Shown: in pieces, positions 43,984-56,329 of the stretch
How the letters are laid out: each line of letters begins with the position of its first letter
Numbering within the stretch: the stretch's first letter is position 1
Assembly (NCBI GenBank): GCA_964016885.1
Contig: OZ024741.1
Coordinates: 59,272,001 to 59,336,000 of the forward strand
Reading direction: 5' to 3'
Length of the DNA stretch: 64,000 bases
Origin: Eledone cirrhosa
Lineage: Eukaryota
Program-made: the position numbers and the translations under genes
The notes under the pieces: generated by a model
Told to the model about the DNA's origin: nothing
The model's input: the letters and a program-made list of their open reading frames with translations, nothing else
The model's database searches: none

Positions 43984-44076
43984 TATACATATATACATAT
44001 ATATATATATATACATACACACATATATATATATATATGAAATATAAGAATCAAAGAACTGTTCAAAACATTATTG

Positions 44077-44123
44077 TGCTTACAGCTGTTTCCTCCAAAC
44101 CGAGGTTTGGATTCTTCGGAGCA
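44077..44123 (-). ncRNA. Minimal type I hammerhead, U4C variant (left arm)
   Basis: TGCT-CCGAAGA-ATCCAAAC-CTCG-GTTTGGAG-GAA-ACAGCTGT-A^AGCA. Confidence 0.7.
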
Positions 44124-45561
44124 ATTTATTAATGAATGGACAGTTATATGACCTCCTTTTCAGCCAAGAGACATACCGATACATATGCAAATATTGTGGG
44201 TCAACATTCATTAAAGAATTTAGAGTGGCAGTACGCACTTCGAGATTACATTCATATTAAAAGGTACAATCAAAAATCAAAATACAGGTTAAAATACATG
44301 AAGATAATCGGTTATATAGTGCAAATGTTATATGTGTGGCAAGCACGTGCGTCTTGTTTATATAGCGTGGCAGAGAGATACGTGTAGTAGAGGCACTTAG
44401 GTAGGTAACCAAGAGTGTTAGGTTGGTTGATCTGATGGCAAATACTTTATATGATTGATAAAGTCTGTGTGTGGAGAAATGATAGAAGCATTAAAAATAG
44501 TGCAAGCATTAAAGATATTAAAAGTATTGGAGATGCACAGCGAAGGGATGACAAGTACTTCATGTACTTAGACATTTTCATGGTCAGGGGAGTGTATTTT
44601 TCGATTATATGCCCCTCACATAATCCACGACAATTCGATATTGAGCGTTTGACAATCCAGTTAGAGAATCGTAGTCTGATGTTCTTTAGTTCAATACAGG
44701 AGACTGTTACGTTTCGAGAAACGACATTGAATACCACCCGGAAGTGTGTGTGTGTGGCTAAGGGGAGTTAATGCATGAGGGGAGGTAACTCCGGGGTTTC
44801 TATACCTAGCTAATGAAATGTGTCTCAATATAGACCCTAATTTCTATGGTTATGCGCAACTTCCAAAAAATTTCTAAAGCATAAAGTGTTTTAACTATAG
44901 AGTAGTTTAATTAAGTTGTGCTGAAGGTGTTCGTATTATTATGGTGAATTAACCTCCATCGTAGGGTGCCACAAATGAATATTATAGACGATGAGCGAGG
45001 ATTCTAAATTAATGATCTCTGTGGTTGTAGTCTACTCATAGGACCAGGCGCGGTGATTGCAGAATCACTTCAAGACACAATGATCTCTGGTAAGTTCTGG
45101 GTCATCGCTTGCTACAATGGATGTCGAAAGATAATCATCACCAGGTCCGGCCAGAGGTCAATCCGCAGTCCTCACGGCCCCTCTCAGACCGCCAAATCAT
45201 CCATATATGTACAACCCGCACGCCAGTTGCAATACATTCATTCTCTGCACTCAGCGTCCTGGTCCTACTGCTCAACAGCGTTACTAGATTAAATCGTTTT
45301 TCATCTGTCTAAGGCAGGCACTTCCTCCGCACAACACTACCAAACCAATCAATTCATGCTCAAATTACCTATAGAGCGGTGTAGTGCAGTTCAAGTGGGT
45401 GGATGTTGTCACACCTGACGTAGAGGTATAAATGGGTGTTCTCCTTGCGAAGGGTTCCAGAGGGATGTCGTTGTTTGTGTTATATTAGATCAGTTAGTGT
45501 TATTTGATATCAATTCATACTACACCTCTATTTCCCTATCCTATTAAATAAGGAACTTATC

Positions 45562-47187
45562 ATGGCCATGAACAATAGCGACTTGACTAGAGCCCAGATT
45601 GATGTCATCCTTGCGGCCCGTAAAACCATAATCACCTTCGAGGACCAACTATGGACACGCAAGGATACGCACAACAACTTCGACATAACCATGGGATCTA
45701 GTGACTCGGCGCAGGTCACTGATTTGGTCGGCCTATACCTTCTCAATGAAATCCATAAGGACCTCCCTTACCTCAACGGTGGTTTGTACCGCGATGATGC
45801 ACTTCTACTTATAGAATATAAAAAATTTAATATAGAAAGAACTAGAAAACAATTGCATAAGACATTCAAAAACTTTAACCTTAGTATCACCATGGACAAA
45901 AACACTAAAAATGTTAACTTCCTAGACGCCACATTATATCTAGACTCAAAAATATATACACCTTTCCATAGGCCTAACGAAAAACTCATTTACGTAGATA
46001 CCAAGTCTAATCACCCTAGATCAATATTAAACTATATCTCTAAGGGGGTATCCAATAGAATCTCTAGTCTGTCCTATGACGCAAACATATTTAGCAAAAA
46101 CTCACAATATTACAATCAAGCATTAGCTAGATCCGGCCATAATATAGAAATTGATTTCCTACCTAAGAAAACACATAGCTACAACATCATCTCGCACAAC
46201 ATGTCCATGAGAAAACCTAATAATAGGAATAGCAACCACAAGTACACCAAAGCGGAGGGTGCCACCGGAAGTAACCATTACCATGGAAACTACTGTGGTG
46301 CCTTAGGAAGAAACAACACACCAAACACTAAAAACAAAAATAGAAGAAGAAATAATACATTTTTCAACCCTCCTTTCAACCTAAATGTCTCCACCAACAT
46401 ACCTAGGGCTTTCTTCTCACTACTAGATAAAAACTTCCCTCTAGGACACAAGTACCACAACCTTCTAAACAAAAACACTATTAAAATCTCATACTCTACG
46501 ACGCCTAACTTAGCATACCACATAGCTAGCAGCAATAAAAGTAAAATTAATTCTTACTTCCAACAAACAAAATCACAACAGGATGCAAACCTTCTAAATA
46601 CCTCTGTAGCAAGCAACCATAGCAACGGCAGTAACAATAGAAATAACACTACTATAAGAAATAACACCGGGGTTGACAACCCGAATGTCCAAAATCCTAT
46701 AGCTACCACCCAGACTTCTGCACTGCATTATAACCAGCAGACTAACACACAGGATAATTGTAACTGTAGAGCTAATAGAACCTGCCCTTTAGATAAAAAA
46801 TGCCTAACCAAGGATATCATATACTCATGCACAGTCACAACTAGCAACTCTTCAGAAACCTATGTAGGCTCCACTTCTAACTGCTTCAAAATCAGATATA
46901 ATTCGCACATCCACTCGTTCAAAAAGCACAGCCTAGCCAACTCCACCTCACTTTCTAGCTACATACACTATCTAAAAACTAAAAATAAACCATACACACT
47001 CAAATGGGAAGTGATAGGCAGCGCGACCTCGTACAAACCACCTAATAAATTTTGTAACCTCTGTATACTAGAGACCCACAATATTATCTTCTCCAACCGT
47101 AACCTACTTAACAAAAAATCTGAGGTGTTTGCAACTTGCCAGCACCGCTTCAGACATTCCTTCCAAAACTTTAAGCCCAATATATAG
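45562..47187 (+). CDS. Penelope-like RT (motifs B-E, thumb) + Asn-rich linker + GIY-YIG endonuclease, N-terminally truncated
   Basis: ITMGSSDSAQVTDLVG, LYRDDALL, VNFLDATL, SNHP; CNCR..CPL..CL..IIYSC..YVGSTSNCFKIRYNSH..CNLCILE..LNKKSE..CQH. Confidence 0.9.
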   Translation: MAMNNSDLTRAQIDVILAARKTIITFEDQLWTRKDTHNNFDITMGSSDSAQVTDLVGLYLLNEIHKDLPYLNGGLYRDDALLLIEYKKFNIERTRKQLHKTFKNFNLSITMDKNTKNVNFLDATLYLDSKIYTPFHRPNEKLIYVDTKSNHPRSILNYISKGVSNRISSLSYDANIFSKNSQYYNQALARSGHNIEIDFLPKKTHSYNIISHNMSMRKPNNRNSNHKYTKAEGATGSNHYHGNYCGALGRNNTPNTKNKNRRRNNTFFNPPFNLNVSTNIPRAFFSLLDKNFPLGHKYHNLLNKNTIKISYSTTPNLAYHIASSNKSKINSYFQQTKSQQDANLLNTSVASNHSNGSNNRNNTTIRNNTGVDNPNVQNPIATTQTSALHYNQQTNTQDNCNCRANRTCPLDKKCLTKDIIYSCTVTTSNSSETYVGSTSNCFKIRYNSHIHSFKKHSLANSTSLSSYIHYLKTKNKPYTLKWEVIGSATSYKPPNKFCNLCILETHNIIFSNRNLLNKKSEVFATCQHRFRHSFQNFKPNI

Positions 47188-48429
47188 CAATGTCGGACTT
47201 GAACCAAACACCACATCTAGCATCAAACACCAGGGGAACACCTTATACCACATACCCAACACTAACTGATCTAATATAACACAAACAACGACATCCCTCT
47301 GGAACCCTTCGCAGGGAGAACACCCATTTATACCTCTACGTCAGGTGTGACAACATCCATCCACTTGAACTGCACTACACCGCTCTATAGGTAATTTGAG
47401 CATGAATTGATTGGTTTGGTAGTGTTGTGCGGAGGAAGTGCCTTCCTTAGACAGATGAAAAACGATTTAATCTAGTAACGCTGTTGAGCAGTAGGACCAG
47501 GACGCTGAGTGCAGAGAATGAATGTATTGCAACTGGCGTGCGGGTTGTACATATATGGATGATTTGGCGGTCTGAGAGGGGCCGTGAGGACTGCGGATTG
47601 ACCTCTGGCCGGACCTGGTGATGATTATCTTTCGACATCCAATGTAGCAAGCGATAACCCAGAACTTACCAGAGATCATTGTGTCTTGAAGTGATTCTGC
47701 AATCACCGCGCCTGGTCCTATGAGTAGACTACAACCACAGAGATCATTAATTTAGAATCCTCGCTCATCGTCTATAATATTCATTTGTGGCACCCTACGA
47801 TGGGGGTTAATTCACCATAATAATACGAACACCTTCAGCACAACTTAATTAAATTACTCTATAGTTAAAACACTTTATGCTTTAGAAATGTTTTGGAAGT
47901 TGCGCATAACCATAGAAATTAGGGTCTATATTGAGACACATTTCATTAGCTAGGTATAGAAACCCCGGAGTTACCTCCCCTCATGCATTAACTCCCCTTA
48001 GCCACACACACACTTCCGGGTGGTATTCAATGTCGTTTCTCGAAACGTAACAGCCTCCTGTATTGAACTAAAGAACATCAGACTACGATTCTCTAACTGG
48101 ATTGTCAAATGCTCAATATCGAATTGTCGTGGATTATGTGAGGGGCATATAATCGAAAAATACACTCCCCTGACCATGAAAATGTCGAAGTACATGAAGT
48201 ACTTGTCATCCCTTCGCTGTGCATCTCCATACTTTTAATATCTTTAATGCTTGCACTATTTTTAATGCTTATAACATTTCTCCACACACAGACTATATCA
48301 ATCATATAAAGTATTTGCCAGCAGATCAACCAACCTAACACTCTTGTTTACCTACCTAAGTGCCTCTACTACACGTATCTCTCTGCCACACTATATAAAC
48401 AAGACGCACGTGCTTGCCACACATATAAC

Positions 48430-48537
48430 TGTTTCTACTTTAGGCACAAGGCCAGCAATTACCCAGTGCATTACTGGTACTTTATTTTATCGACCCTGTA
48501 AGGATGAAAGGCAAAGTCAACCTCGGCGGGATTTGAA
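48430..48537 (-). mobile_element. 5'-truncated SINE inserted into the right arm, 13-bp TSD
   Basis: TSD CCACACATATAAC at 48417-48429 and 48538-48550. Absent from the left arm. Matches the 9964-10145 family. Confidence 0.9.
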
Positions 48538-48757
48538 CCACACATATAACATTTGCACTATATAACCGCTTATCTTCATGTTGTATTTTAACCTGTATTT
48601 TTGATTTTTGATTGTACCTTTTAATATGAATGTAATCTCGGAGTGCGTACTGCCACTCTAAATTCTGTAATGAATGTTGACCCACAATATTTGCATATGT
48701 ATCGGTATGTCTCTTGGCTGAAAAGGAAGTCATATAACTGTCCATTCATTAATAAAT

Positions 48758-48804
48758 TGCTCCGAAGAATCCAAACCTCGGTTTGGAGGAAATAGCTGTA
48801 AGCA
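48758..48804 (+). ncRNA. Minimal type I hammerhead, U4C variant (right arm)
   Basis: tgct ccgaaga atccaaacctcggtttggag gaaatagctgta agca. Confidence 0.65.
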
Positions 48805-49011
48805 CAATAATGTTTTGAACAGTTCTTTGATTCTTATATTTCATATAACTGCTCTGTAAATCATCTGATGTTTTTACATTGAGCTACTTAACTTACTGGT
48901 AATAAGGTAGTAATACATTACTGCCTACCACTATTTAGGGTTTGTATAAAAAATACATATAACTGCATAAGGTTTTTGTATTTACATAACCATAAATAGT
49001 ATAATTAATAC

Positions 49012-49043
<32 letters not shown>

Positions 49044-49147
49044 CATATATATATATACATATATATATATACATATATATATGTACATATATATACATAT
49101 ATATATATATACATATATATAAATATATATATATATACATATATATC

Positions 49148-49178
<31 letters not shown>

Positions 49179-49224
49179 CATATATATACATATATATATA
49201 CATATATATACATATATATATATA

Positions 49225-52200
49225 TAATAAATAACAAAGAACGCCTATAGCATATGCATATCTTTACTTGCTAACATTGTTTCATCCGCACTATAAGTGG
49301 GACTCATCAGAGCATAAAGGTTAATTACATACCGTACAAGCAATAACAAATCCAAGACATTGAAGAATGAAAAATAATAGAAGATAAAGGATATTAAGGA
49401 AGTAAAAGTAAAAATAAGAGTAAAAATAAAAATAAAAATAACAATAAAAATAAAATAATAAAATAAACAATGAAAAATAAGCAATGAAAAATAAGGGGTG
49501 CTATCAGTCACAGTTGGGCGGGGTGCTGTCAACATATAGTTACATACAAGCATACACATGGATAAGAGAACAGACAAGAGTAGATAAGATAGATAGGATT
49601 AGGTAAGAGTAGGTAAAAAATAGGTGAAAAACAGACTTATAATATATATAAGAAAATATAAAGAAATATATAACAAACTTACATATAAAATATAAAATAT
49701 ACAGATAATAGTGATACAGGGTAAGGAATGAAATAAAATAATATAAAATTAAAATTAAAATTATATAAAATAGAACATAATATAATATAATCATAAAATA
49801 AGATAAAATAAGGTAAACTAAAATAAAATAAAATAGACTAAAGTAAAATAATATAATATAAGATATAATTAAATGTAATTAAGTAAATAAATAAATAAAT
49901 AAATAAATAAAATTAAATTAAATAAATAAATAAAATTAAAATTAAAATTAAATATAATTTTAAATTTAAATAAATAAATAAATAAATAAATAAGTAAATA
50001 AATAAATAAATAAATAAATAAATGAAATTAAATAAGTAAATAAATAAAATTAGATAAAATGAAATGAAATAAAATAAAATAAAATGAAATAAAGTAAATT
50101 GAGATAAGATATATATTTTTTTATAATATATCTCTTGAATATATCAGGGGCCCACGAAGGCACTAAGTGTCACAGTTATCCGTATCACTTGACCATTTTT
50201 TAAAAATATATTTCTTGAAAATATCAGGGGCCCACGAAGGCACTAAGTGTCGCAGTCACCAGTATCACTTGACCATTGCAAGGCAATGGAGGCGTCCCAG
50301 GTTGGGCAGTCTCAAAAGTTCACTCGAAAGTCACGGGTGTGCATTCACACAGTTGAGCGGTGGGGTAATCACAAACCGGTTCACACCCGGGCAGGAGTCC
50401 AATGGTCAAACAGAGGTGCATCGAAGGAAGGTAGGAGGATTCACGTGCAGTAGCAAGCGAGGTGCAGGCGGGTTAGCCAAAGCAAGCAGACACAGTTGGA
50501 GCGCATACAAAAGATATATAAAAGACAAAAGATATATAAAAAATAGCCTCAAGAGCCATGAAGTCACCGCATTGGGACATCACAAGATTGTACACATCAA
50601 TATGTTCAGCACGTATATGCACATATGCACACCACATGCATATGCAGAGACGGTATACATATATATATATATATTTTTTTATATACAGACATATACAACC
50701 ACCTACACCCATACACATATAAATGTATACACAGACACACACGCACACACACACAGCGTAGGACACCCGGGTCAAAGCTGATATTAAACACCGAAATACC
50801 ACATTAGGCAAGACCCACCACCACGGATAATACATTCAAAATAAATACATACGATGAGATGTAGTAAAATAAAGTTGAATTCCTACGGAGATAATCATGT
50901 CCGCACGTGCCATTGCCCGATTCAAGTGTACACAGACCGTTAGTAACTACGGAGGGCTATCGGGGCCAAAACGTTACTTTCGGGATCATAACAACGACCG
51001 TCAATATATGGAAGGCCGATCGTGCTAGAAAGACTACAACCCCGGGCAAGAGCTCCCAGAAGTCAGCCTGTAGATCTTAAACCACAGAATATGAGGGCAA
51101 CACGTACATGCGCCACGTATCTCCTGCTTACGGCGGGATGGCACAGGTCCGCCCACAGTTACAGGCTAAATTTCTATTAGTGCAGCCTATATCACAGTAC
51201 ACGCTCTACATAGATACATTACATCACAACTCATGCGCATACAGAGGTACAGATCCACAAGATATACATCAGGATAGACCCACCAGTGCACCAATGGTGG
51301 GTCGGCGAGCGTGGATGGGTTACATCCGCTGTGCCAAACAGGGGTGCTTATTAACATACACACCCACTCACCTGTACACCCCAATATCCAGATCAATATC
51401 CTCCCGCAGGCATACGTATACACTCACCGACTCATATACATAGAAGACCAACAATAGGAGACAGTTACACACAATCAGAGACAGTTACACAAGATAGCCC
51501 AACGGGAGAAATAAGGAAGTGCTAGCTAACAGGTTTAAAGTAGAAGAAAGAGCTTAATATTCGGTGGGGGCAAGAGGAAAATATCTCAGACTTTCTATTT
51601 AGTAGAGGGCATTTAGCAAATATAATAGAGTGGGATTCGGCAAGGCATAGGTTACATACTCTATTATGAGGAGTATATGGATGGGATTTAGCAACCTGCC
51701 GCCAAGTAAGTGTGTAATGTGTTCGTGCATTTTTTAAATTATGGACGTACGCTGCCAAGGAGGTGGAGTTCCTCAGTTTATTATGTCTAAAAGTGCATTG
51801 GTGAGAGTTAAACCTGGTCTTAAAGGGGGTGGAGGTTGATCCTATATAGGTTTTAGTGGACGCCGTAGTTACCACATCACACGCATAAACTATGTTTCTA
51901 ACAAGGCAGAAACCATTCAGGGGGCAGCCTGAAGCCCTTCTACAGTTACAACCTCTGGTGATGCTATTCTCAGAATGATCACCACTTGTGTTTCTGCCCA
52001 CTCTGTCCACTACCGTGTTTTCCCCTAGGCTTAGGTTGTCCAGGCCTTCCTTTATTTTCTTATTATTAGTAATGGCCAGATGAGAGGCCAGATTTTGGGT
52101 TGTAGAATACGAAAGTTTAACAACATTCTTATTGAGGATAGAGTGGTACCTATTACCAGGAGGGAAGTTCCTTTCTAACACAGAGAAGAAGGCCCTATGA

Positions 52201-52686
52201 ATATTTATAGCCACTTCAGAATTAAAAGGGGGGTTGAAGTATGTATTCAATCTTCTTCTATTCTTTTTATTCTTTCTATTTCCATCACTATTATTAGCAT
52301 TATTATTTCTACGGTTACTATGCTCACCTAGTCTATGCGGGGAGCTGCGAGGCCTACCATTGCTATTACTTAGACTAATGGTGCCCTGCTGGTTCATTCC
52401 ACCGGCATTTAGAAACCTCCCATTCACGACACCTCTATTGCTATTACTTAGACTAGTGGTGCCCTGCTGCTTCATTCCACCGGCATTTAGAACCCTCCCA
52501 TTCGCGACACCTCCATTACCAATGGACATATTATGTGTTATAACAACACTGGTAGAGCTACTATTAGGACTATTATTTCCCTGGGTGTAATACAATTTGT
52601 CCCTAAAGTGAGGAGGCGTTTGACTCGCAGGCTGATTACTATAATGATGCCTTAGCTAGATCCGGCTTTAGGGACAAATTGTATTA
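49225..52686 (-). mobile_element. 5'-truncated Penelope-like element (linker + GIY-YIG ORF 51522-52595, about 2.3-kb 3' UTR) with short 5' inversion
   Basis: YFNPPFNS..NFPPG..KLSYSTT..CNCR..CPLNGFCL..IVYAC..YIGST. Plus-strand 52634-52686 encodes the upstream peptide DYYNDALARSGFRDKLYY. Confidence 0.85.
49269..49314 (-). ncRNA. Minimal type I hammerhead at the 3' end of the Penelope-like element
   Basis: TGCT-CTGATGA-GTCC-CACTTATAGTGC-GGAT-GAA-ACAATGT-T^AGCA. Confidence 0.8.
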
Positions 52687-52718
52687 CAATTTGTATGACT
52701 GACGCCGGAAGATGGGTA

Positions 52719-52763
52719 AATATTGCTGATGAGATGTAATAACATCGAAACTAGTCCAATATT
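52719..52763 (+). ncRNA. Minimal type I hammerhead ribozyme
   Basis: AATATTG-CTGATGA-GATGT-AATA-ACATC-GAA-ACTAGT-C^CAATATT. Perfect stems. Confidence 0.9.
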
Positions 52764-52980
52764 CCTGTCTGGCCCTCTGGAGAATAGAGGAAATGTGTTT
52801 CCTTGAAAACTCGTATGACTCTAAAACCCGGTCCGCCTGTGTGGTTACATACAGACTAGCTGACACTCACTGTAAAGTGTCTAGTGAAAAGCTGAGTACA
52901 TGTACATATGTATACATGTGTGTATTTATATGCATACTAATACTTCCGTATACATATGTAGATGTACACTTTAACTTAAT

Positions 52981-53094
<114 letters not shown>

Positions 53095-53107
53095 CATATA
53101 TATATAC

Positions 53108-53162
<55 letters not shown>

Positions 53163-53171
53163 CATATATAT

Positions 53172-53445
53172 GGTGGCTGCCAACTCGTTTTCGAGTATGG
53201 CCACTACTTTATATCCATGTAGGAGAACTCCTACCGATGGGCTGAACGTGTGTGACTTTTTAGTCCAGCCAGCGACTTGAAAACTCTGGTACAAACACTA
53301 CACTTGTGACAATTATTGACACATAGTACTGGGCCCATGTGACGACAAGTGCAGAGAGATCTCCAGATATAAAGCAATGCCTGTGCCGTGAAGCTTTTAT
53401 AGTGAGCAAAGTCACTGCACAAAACCAGTCCCACTCTCTTAACCA
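53172..53445 (-). mobile_element. Decayed 3' end of a zinc-finger RTE LINE
   Basis: [22 protein letters not shown] resembles the last finger of 21117-24662. Shared terminal hairpin. Confidence 0.75.
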
Positions 53446-53451
53446 TATACA

Positions 53452-53632
<181 letters not shown>

Positions 53633-53634
53633 GC

Positions 53635-53683
53635 GATTCCTGATGATTTCTAATGAATGAAACAGTTCTAGTCCTGTAGAATC
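53635..53683 (+). ncRNA. Type I hammerhead ribozyme with stable stem III
   Basis: GATTC-CTGATGA-TTTC-TAAT-GAAT-GAA-ACAG-TTCTAGTC-CTGT-A^GAATC. Confidence 0.82.
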
Positions 53684-53739
53684 TCATCTATATATATACA
53701 TATATATATATATATACATATATAAATTGAAATGAAAGC

Positions 53740-53856
<117 letters not shown>

Positions 53857-53871
53857 CATATATATATATAC

Positions 53872-53902
<31 letters not shown>

Positions 53903-53991
53903 CATATATATATATACATATATATATATATACATATATATATATACATATATATATATATACATATATATATATACATATATATATATAC

Positions 53992-54040
<49 letters not shown>

Positions 54041-54041
54041 C

Positions 54042-54088
<47 letters not shown>

Positions 54089-54089
54089 C

Positions 54090-54124
<35 letters not shown>

Positions 54125-54135
54125 CATATATATAG

Positions 54136-54406
<271 letters not shown>

Positions 54407-54491
54407 CATATATACATATATACATATATACATATATATGTATATACATATATATATATATGTATATACATATATATATATATGTATATAC

Positions 54492-54523
<32 letters not shown>

Positions 54524-55079
54524 ATATACCTATATATATATATATATATACCTATATATATATATATAAAAGACGTAAAATAAGAAAATCCTTTAAAAAA
54601 ATTTTTTTGTACTAGTTTTGTACTAGTTTCAAGCTTGTTAGCTATCATCAGCACCGTTTACCCATCTGCCAGATAGTTGAACGTTCGAAAGTATATACTT
54701 TCCTTATGAAAATTAACGGCTGAGCAGCCTAATTTGCATATTGAGTGAGTTAAATCGGTCAGGCATACCGAAAACGATAAATTGAAACAAAATGAAAACG
54801 AAATTTCATTTCTCACTCTTAGTATGGCACTTACTTAAATGTAAGTATGCATGTATACGTACATACATATATGTATACAGACGTACAGTAGCATGCACAT
54901 ATATATATATATATACATATATATATACATATGCATACAGGTACACATACATATATGCACGTATCAGTTTAGCGGCGCTAACGTCGCTTTGTTCGTTTGT
55001 AAACAAACTGAACAGCCTGAATTTATGCCATACGGTGTTAAGGCAACCACGTCACCTTTTTGTTCAACACTGACACAGG

Positions 55080-55124
55080 AACGATGTACTAGTTTCAAGC
55101 TTGTTAACTATCATCAGCACCGTT
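55080..55124 (-). ncRNA. Minimal type I hammerhead (466-bp array)
   Basis: AACGGTG-CTGATGA-TAGTT-AACA-AGCTT-GAA-ACTAGT-A^CATCGTT. Confidence 0.85.
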
Positions 55125-55545
55125 TACCCATCTGCCAGATAGTTGAACGTTCGAAAGTATATACTTTCCTTATGAAAATTAACGGCTGAGCAGCCTAATT
55201 TGCATATTGAGTGAGTTAAATCGGTCAAGCATACCGAAAACGATAAATTGAAACAAAATGAAAACGAAATTTCATTTCTCACTCTTAGTATGGCACTTAC
55301 TTAAATGTAAGTATGCATGTATACGTACATACATATATGTATACAGACGTACAGTAGCATGCACATATATATATATATATACATATATATATACATATGC
55401 ATACAGGTACACATACATATATGCACGTATCAGTTTAGCGGCGCTAACGTCGCTTTGTTCGTTTGTAAACAAACTGAACAGCCTGAATTTATGCCATACG
55501 GTGTTAAGGCAACCACGTCACCTTTTTGTTCAACACTGACACAGG

Positions 55546-55590
55546 AACGATGTACTAGTTTCAAGCTTGTTAGCTATCATCAGCACCGTT
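55546..55590 (-). ncRNA. Minimal type I hammerhead (466-bp array)
   Basis: AACGGTG-CTGATGA-TAGCT-AACA-AGCTT-GAA-ACTAGT-A^CATCGTT. Confidence 0.87.
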
Positions 55591-55666
55591 TACCCATCTG
55601 CCAGATAGTTGAACGTTCGAAAGTATATACTTTCCTTATGAAAATTAACGGCTGAGCAGATGGGTA

Positions 55667-55711
55667 AACGGTGCTGATGATAGCTAACAAGCTTGAAACT
55701 AGTACATCGTT
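55667..55711 (+). ncRNA. Minimal type I hammerhead (inverted copy)
   Basis: Same motif, read on the plus strand. Confidence 0.87.
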
Positions 55712-56162
55712 CCTGTGTCAGTGTTGAACAAAAAGGTGACGTGGTTGCCTTAACACCGTATGGCATAAATTCAGGCTGTTCAGTTTGTTTACAAACGAAC
55801 AAAGCGACGTTAGCGCCGCTAAACTGATACGTGCATATATGTATGTGTACCTGTATGCATATGTATATATATATGTATATATATATATATATGTGCATGC
55901 TACTGTACGTCTGTATACATATATGTATGTACGTATACATGCATACTTACATTTAAGTAAGTGCCATACTAAGAGTGAGAAATGAAATTTCGTTTTCATT
56001 TTGTTTCAATATATACATATATATATACACATATATAAATTGAAATGAATGCATCTGGTGTGTGTGTTCCTTATTGGCAACATGACCCTCCCAAAGTATA
56101 ACAATATCGGTTTCAACACACGCTTTCAGATAAAGAATCTTGCTAAACAAATTCAGAAACGA

Positions 56163-56226
<64 letters not shown>

Positions 56227-56329
56227 GAGAGAGAGGGGGTGTGGAAATAGAGACAGGCTGATGGTTGCAAGACATACTCTCCTCCTGGATAGAAGTATGC
56301 AACTCAATATAACTTAGTGATAAGCGAGT

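Larger units (their letters stand above)
44035..49010 (+). mobile_element. Penelope-like retroelement: inverted 1.47-kb 3' region + 5'-truncated RT/GIY-YIG ORF + 3' UTR/pseudo-LTR
   Basis: 44035-45501 is an inverted repeat of 47258-48846. Coding starts at RT motif A (FDINSYYTSI, about 45503). (TA)n on both sides. Confidence 0.92.
54619..56010. repeat. Tandem array of 466-bp units (about 2.2 direct copies) plus inverted about 355 bp (55656-56010), one hammerhead per unit; retrozyme-like
   Basis: Near-identical units. Inversion at a GCAG microhomology. The first HHR copy (54619-54658) is truncated 2 nt past its cleavage site. Confidence 0.93.

Noticed and set aside
50131-50277. About 80-bp local duplication
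   Set aside because: Simple tandem duplication inside a Penelope 3' UTR with no additional structure.
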